Source: an uncultured bacterium
GTDB taxonomy: Bacteria > Armatimonadota > UBA5829
Assembly (NCBI GenBank): GCA_938074205.1
Contig: CALJES010000012.1
Coordinates: 278,840 to 342,839, forward strand
DNA: 64,000 nt
Direction: 5' to 3'
The stretch's first letter is position 1; every line of letters starts with the position of its first letter. A program made the translations under genes and the position numbers. The notes below the pieces were generated by a model, which had not been told where the DNA came from, made no database searches, and worked only from the letters and a program-made list of their open reading frames with translations. Of this stretch, positions 1 through 7,940 are shown one piece after another.

Positions 1-2
1 CT

Positions 3-398
3 TTGTTCGCAGCAGACTTCTTGCGTAGCAGCGCTGCTCAGTCGCATATCGGCAGATTGATCGAGGCCGCAGCCGGTGGAAAACTGGCAGATGTGGTAGT
101 TGTTGCCCAGCGGAAGCTGGCGCTCAATCTAATGCTTGTATCAACAAGTGTCTGGAGCAAATTGCTGGGGCTGAGTATAGCAGCTTCAGCGGTTATTTAC
201 CTAGTTTCGAGGAGCACACTCTCAGCTGACTCGAAGGTAGGCAGTAAGATCGACAGTGTCGCCCTGAAGGGTGGAGCTGTTGCTGTGTTTGCAGCTTTTA
301 TCTTCAATGACTCAGGTGTTCTGGCGGCAGCCTCTTGCGCGGTTGTACTTTGGTCTTATATGGCATTATGGTACCACGATCTAGCCAAAGCATCTTGA
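3..398 (+). CDS. C-terminal fragment of a hypothetical integral membrane protein; the gene starts upstream of the window.
   Basis: The ORF is open from the window edge. Translation shows several hydrophobic helices, and I recognise no family. Confidence 0.3.
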   Translation: MFAADFLRSSAAQSHIGRLIEAAAGGKLADVVVVAQRKLALNLMLVSTSVWSKLLGLSIAASAVIYLVSRSTLSADSKVGSKIDSVALKGGAVAVFAAFIFNDSGVLAAASCAVVLWSYMALWYHDLAKAS

Positions 399-423
399 AA
401 GCCGCAAAAAGCAGAAAGTTAGA

Positions 424-1239
424 ATGTGCATTCTACCGTCGAAGGTGACCGGGCAAAAAGATCCTGTGATCGTTCTGCTCCGCGAGCTAACTACTGAAGA
501 GGGGCGGAGAGCGAGAAATCTGTTCTTTGCCGAAGGAGAGGAACTGGTCAACCGAGCTTTTGACTTTGGGGCTGTTGTTCATAGCGTGATTCTTTCCGAA
601 AAGTTTGCCTCTTCTGAGCCCGCTAAAGCGTTGGTCAACAAAGCTAGTGCCTATTGTACGCCTGTGTACACCGCTTCTGAGGGACTGATCGCCAAGGTCC
701 TGCAAGCGAAGCCAACACCTGAATGCCTTGCCATTGTAGAGCGCAGGCTGGTATCGCTTAGCCAGGTCTTTTCTGCTGATTGTCCTCTTCTCATAATGGT
801 CGAGGCAGGCGAAAACGCAGACAATCTCGGAATGCTACTCCGCTCTGCTGAGGCGGCAGGAGTTAGCGGTGTGGTTCTGGCAGCGGACACGGTGGACCCA
901 TTTTGTCGGCGAGCGGTTAGGGGCTCACGCGGAGCAGTGTTTGCGCTGCCGTTGTGTATTCAGAAGAACCCTGCTCGAGTCATAGAAGCAGCACGCGAGA
1001 ATGGGCTTCAAGTCGTGGCAAGCTCAGCTTGGGCTGACACCGAATATGTGCACGTAGACTTGAGGAAGCCGACCCTGCTCATAGTCGGAAACGAGCATCG
1101 TGGTATCTCAGACGTAGTGCGCAGTATGTCGGACCAAGTTGTTCGCATACCGATGCTCGGGCGTATCAACTCGTTGAATATTGCTGTTGCCGCGAGCATT
1201 CTTATGTTCGAGGCGGTGAGGCAACAACAGCTCTCTTAG
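424..1239 (+). CDS. SpoU/TrmH-family RNA 2'-O-methyltransferase (RlmB-like).
   Basis: The C-terminal SPOUT motifs 'LLIVGNEHRGIS...VRIPMLGRINSLNIAVAASILMFE' are present, behind an N-terminal substrate-binding region. Confidence 0.8.
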   Translation: MCILPSKVTGQKDPVIVLLRELTTEEGRRARNLFFAEGEELVNRAFDFGAVVHSVILSEKFASSEPAKALVNKASAYCTPVYTASEGLIAKVLQAKPTPECLAIVERRLVSLSQVFSADCPLLIMVEAGENADNLGMLLRSAEAAGVSGVVLAADTVDPFCRRAVRGSRGAVFALPLCIQKNPARVIEAARENGLQVVASSAWADTEYVHVDLRKPTLLIVGNEHRGISDVVRSMSDQVVRIPMLGRINSLNIAVAASILMFEAVRQQQLS

Positions 1240-1346
1240 CGAGTGCTGCGACGCGCGTGGCAGACGCAGAAGGGCGGCACTTCTAGCGTCTCACATCTCT
1301 CGACTATGCTCGACTGTGTTATAATTTCCTCTGGGTAATCGCATCA

Positions 1347-2345
1347 ATGGTCACATCATCCACCTTCACAGAAGAAGACAAAATCAAAGCTCTCGAACGC
1401 GCCCGCCAGACCCTCAGAAGCGAGGCTGAGGGCATTCTCAAACTGATCGACCGTCTTGGCGACTCGTTTGTTCAAGCTGTTGAGATGATTCTGACTTGCC
1501 GGGGTAGGCTGGTCGTAACCGGAATGGGCAAGTCCGGCGCGATTGGCAAGAAGCTGGCTGGTACGTTTTCGAGCACCGGTACGCCTTCTCTCTTCCTTCA
1601 TCCTGCTGAGGGCATTCATGGTGACCTGGGGATGGTTACCGGAGAAGATGTGGTTCTCGCCATATCCAATAGCGGAGAGTCGGAAGAGCTTGTAAAAATA
1701 CTGCCGGCAATTGCCCGTATTGGCGCGAAGTTGATCGCGATGGTGGGACGAACCAAATCCACGCTTGCTAGGTATGCCGAAGTGGTTTTGAACGTGTCGG
1801 TCGATTCCGAAGCTTGTCCCCTGGACCTAGCACCTACTACCAGCACTACCGCCGCACTTGCCTTGGGCGATGCTCTCGCGCTCGCAGTTATGGAAGCTCG
1901 CCGCTTCACCAAAGATGATTATGCCTTGCTTCACCCGGGTGGAACTCTGGGCCGAAGGCTGCTTCTGCGTGTGTGCGATGTGATGCGCACGGGTGATGCG
2001 GTAGCCATCGTCAGCAAAGAAGCTCTGCTGCGAGATGCGATGTTCGCAATTACTCGTGCGGGTGCTGGCGCGGCTTGCATCGTTGACGAAGAGGGCAAAC
2101 TGGTCGGAATAATCACCGACGGGGACATACGCCGAGCCTTGCTTGCAGACGAGCGAGCACTACAGAAAAAGGCATACGAGGTAATGACTCCCAATCCACT
2201 TACAATTACCCCCGACCGACTTGCCACAGAAGGTTTGCGTCAGATGCAGGGACCTCCTAAAATAGGCGAAATGCCTGTCCTCGTCGAAGGCCGACCTGTT
2301 GGTATGCTGATGCTCAAGGATCTTGTGGATGCAGGCATTGTGTAG
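1347..2345 (+). CDS. kdsD: Arabinose-5-phosphate isomerase (KdsD/KpsF family) with an SIS domain and tandem CBS domains.
   Basis: The SIS motif 'GRLVVTGMGKSGAIGKKLAGTFSSTGTPSLFLHPAEGIHGDLG' is present. The C-terminal CBS pair reads 'ACIVDEEGKLVGIITDGDIRR'. Confidence 0.85.
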   Translation: MVTSSTFTEEDKIKALERARQTLRSEAEGILKLIDRLGDSFVQAVEMILTCRGRLVVTGMGKSGAIGKKLAGTFSSTGTPSLFLHPAEGIHGDLGMVTGEDVVLAISNSGESEELVKILPAIARIGAKLIAMVGRTKSTLARYAEVVLNVSVDSEACPLDLAPTTSTTAALALGDALALAVMEARRFTKDDYALLHPGGTLGRRLLLRVCDVMRTGDAVAIVSKEALLRDAMFAITRAGAGAACIVDEEGKLVGIITDGDIRRALLADERALQKKAYEVMTPNPLTITPDRLATEGLRQMQGPPKIGEMPVLVEGRPVGMLMLKDLVDAGIV

Positions 2346-2382
2346 TGCGGCTTGTGCACAGAGGTGATGACGGAGCTCTTCG

Positions 2383-2964
2383 GTGAAAAAAGATAAGAAC
2401 CACTTGCAAAAAAGGCTCGCGAATGTGAAGTTGCTCGCGATGGACGTGGACGGCACACTCACTGACGGCGCGATGGTCGTTCAAGATGGCCATCAAATCA
2501 AGTTCTTCCACGCCCACGACGGGTTGGGAATCCGCTTGGCAATGAACCACGGCATCAAGATTGCATGGATTACTGGAAACCTTTCGTCGGCAGTAGCCGA
2601 CAGGGCTAGAGCGTTGGGCGTGACTGATCTTTTCCAGAATTGTTGGGTCAAGTCAAGGGCGATCGACGAACTAGCAGATCGCTATGGGCTTGATCCTGAG
2701 GAAATAGCCTTTATGGGCGACGACCTCAACGATTTACCTGCTTTTGAACGCGTTGGCTTGGCGATAGCTGTCGCCAACGCCACTGATGAAGTGAAGAAAC
2801 AGGCTCACTGCGTCACTAGTCGTCCTGGGGGTCGCGGGGCTGTGCGAGAGGCTGTCGAGATGATCCTCAAGGCTCGCGGCGAATGGGAGGATGCAGTGGC
2901 TCGTTTCCTGGAAGCACTGGAAGTTCAAGAAGCTGAGGGCGGCGGTCCGGAGGCGGTCGCTTGA
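2383..2964 (+). CDS. kdsC: 3-deoxy-D-manno-octulosonate 8-phosphate phosphatase (KdsC, HAD superfamily).
   Basis: HAD motifs 'LLAMDVDGTLTDG' and 'FMGDDLNDLPAF' are present, and the gene lies immediately downstream of kdsD. Confidence 0.75.
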   Translation: MKKDKNHLQKRLANVKLLAMDVDGTLTDGAMVVQDGHQIKFFHAHDGLGIRLAMNHGIKIAWITGNLSSAVADRARALGVTDLFQNCWVKSRAIDELADRYGLDPEEIAFMGDDLNDLPAFERVGLAIAVANATDEVKKQAHCVTSRPGGRGAVREAVEMILKARGEWEDAVARFLEALEVQEAEGGGPEAVA

Positions 2965-3725
2965 CGCCGCGGCTGACGATTTTTCACACATCAGATATTC
3001 ACAATCGCTTGACTCCTGAGCGAGCACGTTTCCTTGCGGACCTCAAGAGCAGTGTGCCGGACAGCTTGATGCTGGATTCAGGCGATGCAATTTGGGCGGG
3101 GAACATATTCTGGAGGCCACGTGGAGAGCCTGTCCTAGACCTTATGAACCAGGTTCCCTATGATGCAATGTGCCTTGGTAACCGCGAATTCCATTTCACC
3201 GCCGTGGGACTCCGGTCCAAGACCTCTCGGGCGCGATTTCCTATTCTGAGTGCCAACTTGCGTCATACGCGCTCTGCGGACGATGACGGACCAGCATTGT
3301 CGGAGGACAACCTGAAGTCGCACATTATAGTGGAGCGTGCGGGACTCCGCATTTGCATCTTGGGTCTTTCAGTGCCGTGCATAACGGAACAAATGGCCAT
3401 TAGGCGGATCTCCGACTATTTCTTCTTGGATCCGATTGAAGCAGCCTCGAAGCTCGTGCCCAGCCTTCAAGCTGAGTGCCACCTTGTCATAGCTCTGACC
3501 CATATAGGGTTGCACAATGACTTGAGGCTGGCTAAGAGCGTTCCAGGAATAAACATCATCCTTGGTGGTCACACTCACACGATGTCAGAAGAGGTTTGTG
3601 GCGAACGGGCCGTGCCGGTTTTGCACCACGGTTATCACTGCAAGTATGTCGGCAGGGTTGATTTGGTCATTTCTGCGGATGGCATTCACATAACAAGGTC
3701 GCTCATACCTCTTAACGGAGAGTAG
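2961..3725 (+). CDS. Calcineurin-like metallophosphoesterase (5'-nucleotidase/UshA N-terminal-domain-like).
   Basis: Metallophosphatase motifs are present: 'IFHTSDIHNRL', 'DSGDAIWAG', 'GNREFHF' and 'GGHTHT'. Confidence 0.6.
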   Translation: MTPRLTIFHTSDIHNRLTPERARFLADLKSSVPDSLMLDSGDAIWAGNIFWRPRGEPVLDLMNQVPYDAMCLGNREFHFTAVGLRSKTSRARFPILSANLRHTRSADDDGPALSEDNLKSHIIVERAGLRICILGLSVPCITEQMAIRRISDYFFLDPIEAASKLVPSLQAECHLVIALTHIGLHNDLRLAKSVPGINIILGGHTHTMSEEVCGERAVPVLHHGYHCKYVGRVDLVISADGIHITRSLIPLNGE

Positions 3726-3728
3726 ATA

Positions 3729-5573
3729 GTGGAGAGCTTGGCGGCGGTGTGCTTGTCTGGTCTGGTGCTTTTCGCTGCGTCGGGTTTGGGACGTATGGCG
3801 CGCACTCGCCGACTCGAGCGGGAGGAATCGCTGGACGAGCGGTTTCTGTACGACACTGTTGTTGGTATGGGCATCCTCTCGCTTCTAATGTTTGTCCTGG
3901 CTGCCCTACATTTGCTTCACTGCAGATGGATCCCCGCCGCTGTGTGCGGTCTAGGCTTACTGGGAGTGGGGATATGGCTGCCTGAGATTGTAAACGGCGT
4001 GGCTCGGTTTTTCAGGCGGGAGCGGAGTAAATCTCATGTACTGTGCGGGCTGTTGTTATTGGCCCTGTTCGTTAGTGCGTTTGTTCCAGCTGTAGCGCCT
4101 CCGGCCATGAGTGATTGGGATTCACTGGCTTACCACATGGCAGTTGTGAAGCTTTGGGTAAAACGCGGCGGCTTTTACTACATCGATTTTGTCTCCCATT
4201 CCAATTTTCCGTTCCTCTTGGAGATGCTGTACGTCCCCGGTATTATGATAGACCAGCCAGGCGCTGCGAAGCTGGTGCATTATTGGGTGGGGGTGTTACT
4301 GGTAACTGCGGTCGTCGTCCTAGCCAGGCGCCACATATCAAGAGGGTCTGCGTGGCCATCGGCTTTGGCATTGGCCGGTATGCCGATAGTATTGTGGGAA
4401 GCAACCACTGCGTACATAGACCTGGCAACTGCGTTGTACACTGTGGTGAGCGTCTGTTTGCTTTTGAACTACTTCGACACTTCGGACCGGCACTACCTAA
4501 CGGCAAGCGCTGTTTGCACGGGTTTTGCCGCTTCGACTAAGATGACAGGACTTCTGCTCATCCCCCTGCTGTTTTTGTGGTTAGTGATAGACAGGCGGTT
4601 CTTGGAAAGGCAGTTCATTCTCAAAGATGCTGCGCGGTTTGCGGTTTTGGCAATCGCCGTGTGTTCTCCTTGGTATGTGAAAACTCTCGTATACACCGGA
4701 AACCCCGTGTATCCGTTCTTTTATCGACTGTTCGACGGGAGAGACTGGAGTCTTGAGCTTGCGCGAAATTATTCTATGCTCCAGCGTGAATTTGGATTGG
4801 GGCGCAGTGTTCATGCCTTTCTAACCCTGCCGTACGACCTAACATTTCGCTCGGATGCCTTTTACGATACGCCAGGATTATACGTGGGTCCGCTCTTCTT
4901 GGCTGCGGTTCCGGTGTTGATTGTAGCGCGATGCGGATCGAAAAAACTCGCAGGGCTGCTGTGTCTTTTTGCTGCACAGTTGGTTGTGTGGTTCGCAATG
5001 ACTCAGCAGAGCCGATACCTTATACCGGCTTTAGCATTACTGGCACCACTCGCCTCAGGCTTATTGTGGCGCGATATGAGGCTTCAGAAAGCACGATCGG
5101 CCTGGTGGACGATGGTGATCGCAACCGCGCTTTTCGGACTCGTAACCCTTGTGCCTGGACTCAGCCAATCCCTGCCATACATGCTCGGTGTACAGGACCG
5201 TGATGAATATCTGACAAAGGCTTTGGATATATATCCGGCAGTGAAATTTGCCAACGAGAATCTGCCGGCAAACTCAAAGCTTGCTTTGTTCGGCGACACA
5301 AGGGGATTTTATTTAGACTGCGACTATGTGTGGGCAGACTACGGTCACAACCTGCGTTTCAGCGAGCACTGTGCTTCGTTAGAAGAATTTCTCCATTTAC
5401 TTAAATCCAACAACGTGACACACGTGTTAGTGAATTTCAGGTTCTTTCCTAGGGAGCAGGACGCCGTAGGAAACGCTAAATTGGTGTACCAAGCTATTCG
5501 CACGGGTAGATTCGAGCCAATATATCCGCGCTCATACGACGGCGGAAGTGCCGCGATATTTCGAATCAGATGA
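3729..5573 (+). CDS. Polytopic membrane protein, probably a GT-C fold glycosyltransferase (ArnT/PMT/GT39-like).
   Basis: The 614-aa product has at least 10 predicted TM helices in its N-terminal two thirds and a soluble C-terminal domain. It is translationally coupled to a GT2 dolichyl-phosphate-sugar-synthase-like gene. Confidence 0.45.
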   Translation: MESLAAVCLSGLVLFAASGLGRMARTRRLEREESLDERFLYDTVVGMGILSLLMFVLAALHLLHCRWIPAAVCGLGLLGVGIWLPEIVNGVARFFRRERSKSHVLCGLLLLALFVSAFVPAVAPPAMSDWDSLAYHMAVVKLWVKRGGFYYIDFVSHSNFPFLLEMLYVPGIMIDQPGAAKLVHYWVGVLLVTAVVVLARRHISRGSAWPSALALAGMPIVLWEATTAYIDLATALYTVVSVCLLLNYFDTSDRHYLTASAVCTGFAASTKMTGLLLIPLLFLWLVIDRRFLERQFILKDAARFAVLAIAVCSPWYVKTLVYTGNPVYPFFYRLFDGRDWSLELARNYSMLQREFGLGRSVHAFLTLPYDLTFRSDAFYDTPGLYVGPLFLAAVPVLIVARCGSKKLAGLLCLFAAQLVVWFAMTQQSRYLIPALALLAPLASGLLWRDMRLQKARSAWWTMVIATALFGLVTLVPGLSQSLPYMLGVQDRDEYLTKALDIYPAVKFANENLPANSKLALFGDTRGFYLDCDYVWADYGHNLRFSEHCASLEEFLHLLKSNNVTHVLVNFRFFPREQDAVGNAKLVYQAIRTGRFEPIYPRSYDGGSAAIFRIR

Positions 5574-6241
5574 AACTCTCGATCATTATACCTGCGTACA
5601 ACGAGATAGATACTATCGGAGAGGTGCTGGAACGCGTTCGCGCGCAGCCGTTCGATAAAGAAATAATAGTCGCGGATGACGCCTCCACAGACGGCACACG
5701 GGAGTTTCTTAGGACGCAGCCCGATGTTAAGCTGGTGGAGCAGCCTTGTCAGATGGGCAAGGGTTGTGCTATACGTGCTGCGCTGGAAGAAGTAGGCGGA
5801 GACATAGTACTTATTCAGGACGCAGACCTCGAGTACAACCCAGACGATTACGCGGCTCTCATCGCACCGATTGTTGAAGGCAGAGCCGACATGGTCTACG
5901 GAACGCGATTTGCCCATGGCAGACCCAAGATGCGCTTGATTAACTACATCGCAAATCGAATATTCGCCTGGCTGGCTACGCTCTTGTACCGCACAAAGGT
6001 AACCGACGAGGCAACTTGCTACAAAGCATTTCGCACTGAGGTTCTCAAGAGCATTGATCTTCGATGCAAGCGATTCGAGTTTTGCCCTGAAGTTACTGCT
6101 CGACTCCTCAAGCGTGGCTATCGATATGCAGAGGTGCCGGTACGCTATGAAGCTCGGACGCACGCTCAGGGCAAAAAGATCAAATGGTACGACGGGCTGG
6201 AGTGTATTTGGACGCTGATAAAGTACAGGTTTGTCGGCTGA
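5570..6241 (+). CDS. Family 2 glycosyltransferase (polyprenol-phosphate sugar synthase, DPM1-like).
   Basis: GT-A motifs are present: 'LSIIIPAYNE', 'VADDASTDGT' and the DxD in 'IQDADLEYNP'. Confidence 0.75.
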   Translation: MKLSIIIPAYNEIDTIGEVLERVRAQPFDKEIIVADDASTDGTREFLRTQPDVKLVEQPCQMGKGCAIRAALEEVGGDIVLIQDADLEYNPDDYAALIAPIVEGRADMVYGTRFAHGRPKMRLINYIANRIFAWLATLLYRTKVTDEATCYKAFRTEVLKSIDLRCKRFEFCPEVTARLLKRGYRYAEVPVRYEARTHAQGKKIKWYDGLECIWTLIKYRFVG

Positions 6242-6350
6242 GTTGGTTAGAATGAACGATATAGTTGTGTCGAGCGTCTTTAAGATAGGGTATAGTAAGT
6301 ACGGTCGAACTCTTCTGTCATATAGGCAGCTAGGTTATGCGAGGTCAGAG

Positions 6351-7139
6351 ATGAAGAGGACTTACTACCGCTTGGCTTTTATAACCGTGTTCCTGACGGT
6401 GCTTGCAGCAGCGTCGGCTTTTTCTGAAGAGCAACCACGAGTGGCAGGAGCGGAAAAGATAGTGAACCTAGAACTAAAAGATGTCTCGATCGAAGATGCT
6501 ATTGACGCCATCTTCCGGGGTAGCAATGTGCCATACGCTGTCCGTCCGGGAGTTACTGGTAGAGTGAAGGAGCTAAAACTGCACGGTCTAACCGTAGATG
6601 ATGCCATCAAAGCGTTAGTCGATGCCGCCAAGCTATCGGTGCGCATTGAAAACGGTGTCTACGTAATCGAACCGAAAACGGGGACGAGTGATACCGAGTC
6701 GAGAGTCGTGATCGGCAAGAGATCCTCTGCCACCGAAACACAATCCGAAAAGCAAACGTCTTCCGCCGAACAGCCGGGGTTAGCAGATCAGTCCTCATCT
6801 ACTCAGCAGCAAGCTCAAGCTGAGTCACCCCAGGTGCCAGCAATTGACGAATGGAATGCCGTAGCTCCGCCGGGATATTATCCGCAACCTCTCGGACCTT
6901 ATGGAGAGCCGTATGGTTACTATCCGTATTACTTCCCTTACAGGCCATCATATCAGCTTGGTCAACTTCAGATTCTCGGCGGGCGACTGCCGATAATCAT
7001 TTCCGAACCCGGAATACCGCCTTCAGCATTCCGAGGTAGGCTTGGAGGTCCGCGGCGGCCGGTCGTTCCGTATGGACCTGTCGGGGGTTGGCTGGTTCCG
7101 GAGGCTCCTATAGTACCGTATCCGATTTACCCGTGGTAA
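6351..7139 (+). CDS. Secreted protein with an STN/secretin-N-like domain and a Pro/Tyr/Gly-rich low-complexity C-terminus.
   Basis: The signal peptide is 'MKRTYYRLAFITVFLTVLAAASAFS'. The STN-like segment reads 'LELKDVSIEDAIDAIFRGSNVPYAV...LTVDDAIKALVDAAKLSVRIENGVYVIEP'. The tail reads 'PPGYYPQPLGPYGEPYGYYPYYFPYRPSY'. I chose the start at the internal Met carrying the signal peptide rather than the longest ORF (6231). Confidence 0.5.
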   Translation: MKRTYYRLAFITVFLTVLAAASAFSEEQPRVAGAEKIVNLELKDVSIEDAIDAIFRGSNVPYAVRPGVTGRVKELKLHGLTVDDAIKALVDAAKLSVRIENGVYVIEPKTGTSDTESRVVIGKRSSATETQSEKQTSSAEQPGLADQSSSTQQQAQAESPQVPAIDEWNAVAPPGYYPQPLGPYGEPYGYYPYYFPYRPSYQLGQLQILGGRLPIIISEPGIPPSAFRGRLGGPRRPVVPYGPVGGWLVPEAPIVPYPIYPW

Positions 7140-7237
7140 CTGGTAGCTTTAAACCTTTTTTGGCTATCTGTTACACTAACCGATACTCCTTAGCTCTTTA
7201 TCTGCAAATTTTTTCTTACAAGAGCCTAACAAACCCA

Positions 7238-7266
7238 TTGACACCTCACATGTGATGTGGTACACT
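7238..7266 (+). promoter_or_regulatory. Sigma70-like promoter upstream of nrdR (-35 TTGACA, 17-nt spacer, -10 TACACT) with a 10-bp palindrome TCACATGTGA in the spacer.
   Basis: I read it directly: ttgaca at 7238-7243, the spacer cctcacatgtgatgtgg, then tacact at 7261-7266. Confidence 0.4.
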
Positions 7267-7337
7267 ACCCCACGACGCTACACCTAGCGTTTTCAGCCCG
7301 ACGCTTGTAGGGTGCTAGAAGTCTATTAGGGCTCGAT

Positions 7338-7823
7338 ATGAAGTGTCCCTTTTGCGGCTTTCAGGAAGACAAGGTCCTCGAATCGCGTGCTGTTCGAGAT
7401 GGGGCAGCCACGCGGCGGCGGCGCGAGTGCCTTTCGTGCGGCAGGCGCTTCACCACCGTGGAAGAAGTGAAGGAGCCCACAGTTATGGTTGTTAAGCGCG
7501 ATGGTCGGCGCGAGGCGTTCGATAGAAATAAGATCTTGCGGGGTATGATGCTCGCGTGTCAGAAAAGGCCTGTGGCAACGGAGACACTGGAGGCTGCGGC
7601 GGACGAGATTGAGCGCCGAGTGTATGATTCGGGAGAGAAAGAAATATCCTCACAGCTGTTGGGCGAAATGGTGATTGATGCGCTCCACAAGATAGACCAG
7701 GTAGCCTACGTGCGCTTCGCGTCAGTTTATAGGCAGTTTGAGGATATTAGTCAGTTCAAGGAACTCGTTGAAATGCTCACCAGGCGCAGCAGACGGAAGC
7801 GTGTTCGGAGGGAGAAAGCTTAG
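7338..7823 (+). CDS. nrdR: Transcriptional repressor NrdR (zinc ribbon plus ATP-cone).
   Basis: The N-terminus 'MKCPFCGFQEDKVLESR...RRRECLSCGRRFTT' is followed by an ATP-cone. The gene sits directly upstream of the RNR gene. Confidence 0.9.
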   Translation: MKCPFCGFQEDKVLESRAVRDGAATRRRRECLSCGRRFTTVEEVKEPTVMVVKRDGRREAFDRNKILRGMMLACQKRPVATETLEAAADEIERRVYDSGEKEISSQLLGEMVIDALHKIDQVAYVRFASVYRQFEDISQFKELVEMLTRRSRRKRVRREKA

Positions 7824-7940
7824 GTTGACCGTTCACAACGGCTATGAGTTGCTGCGGTAGAAGTTTTTGCGCTTCGGAGGCGGAAAAATCTTCAACAAGA
7901 GTGGATTAAAGCAGATAGTATTGCTAGGAGGGCAGGTCAA

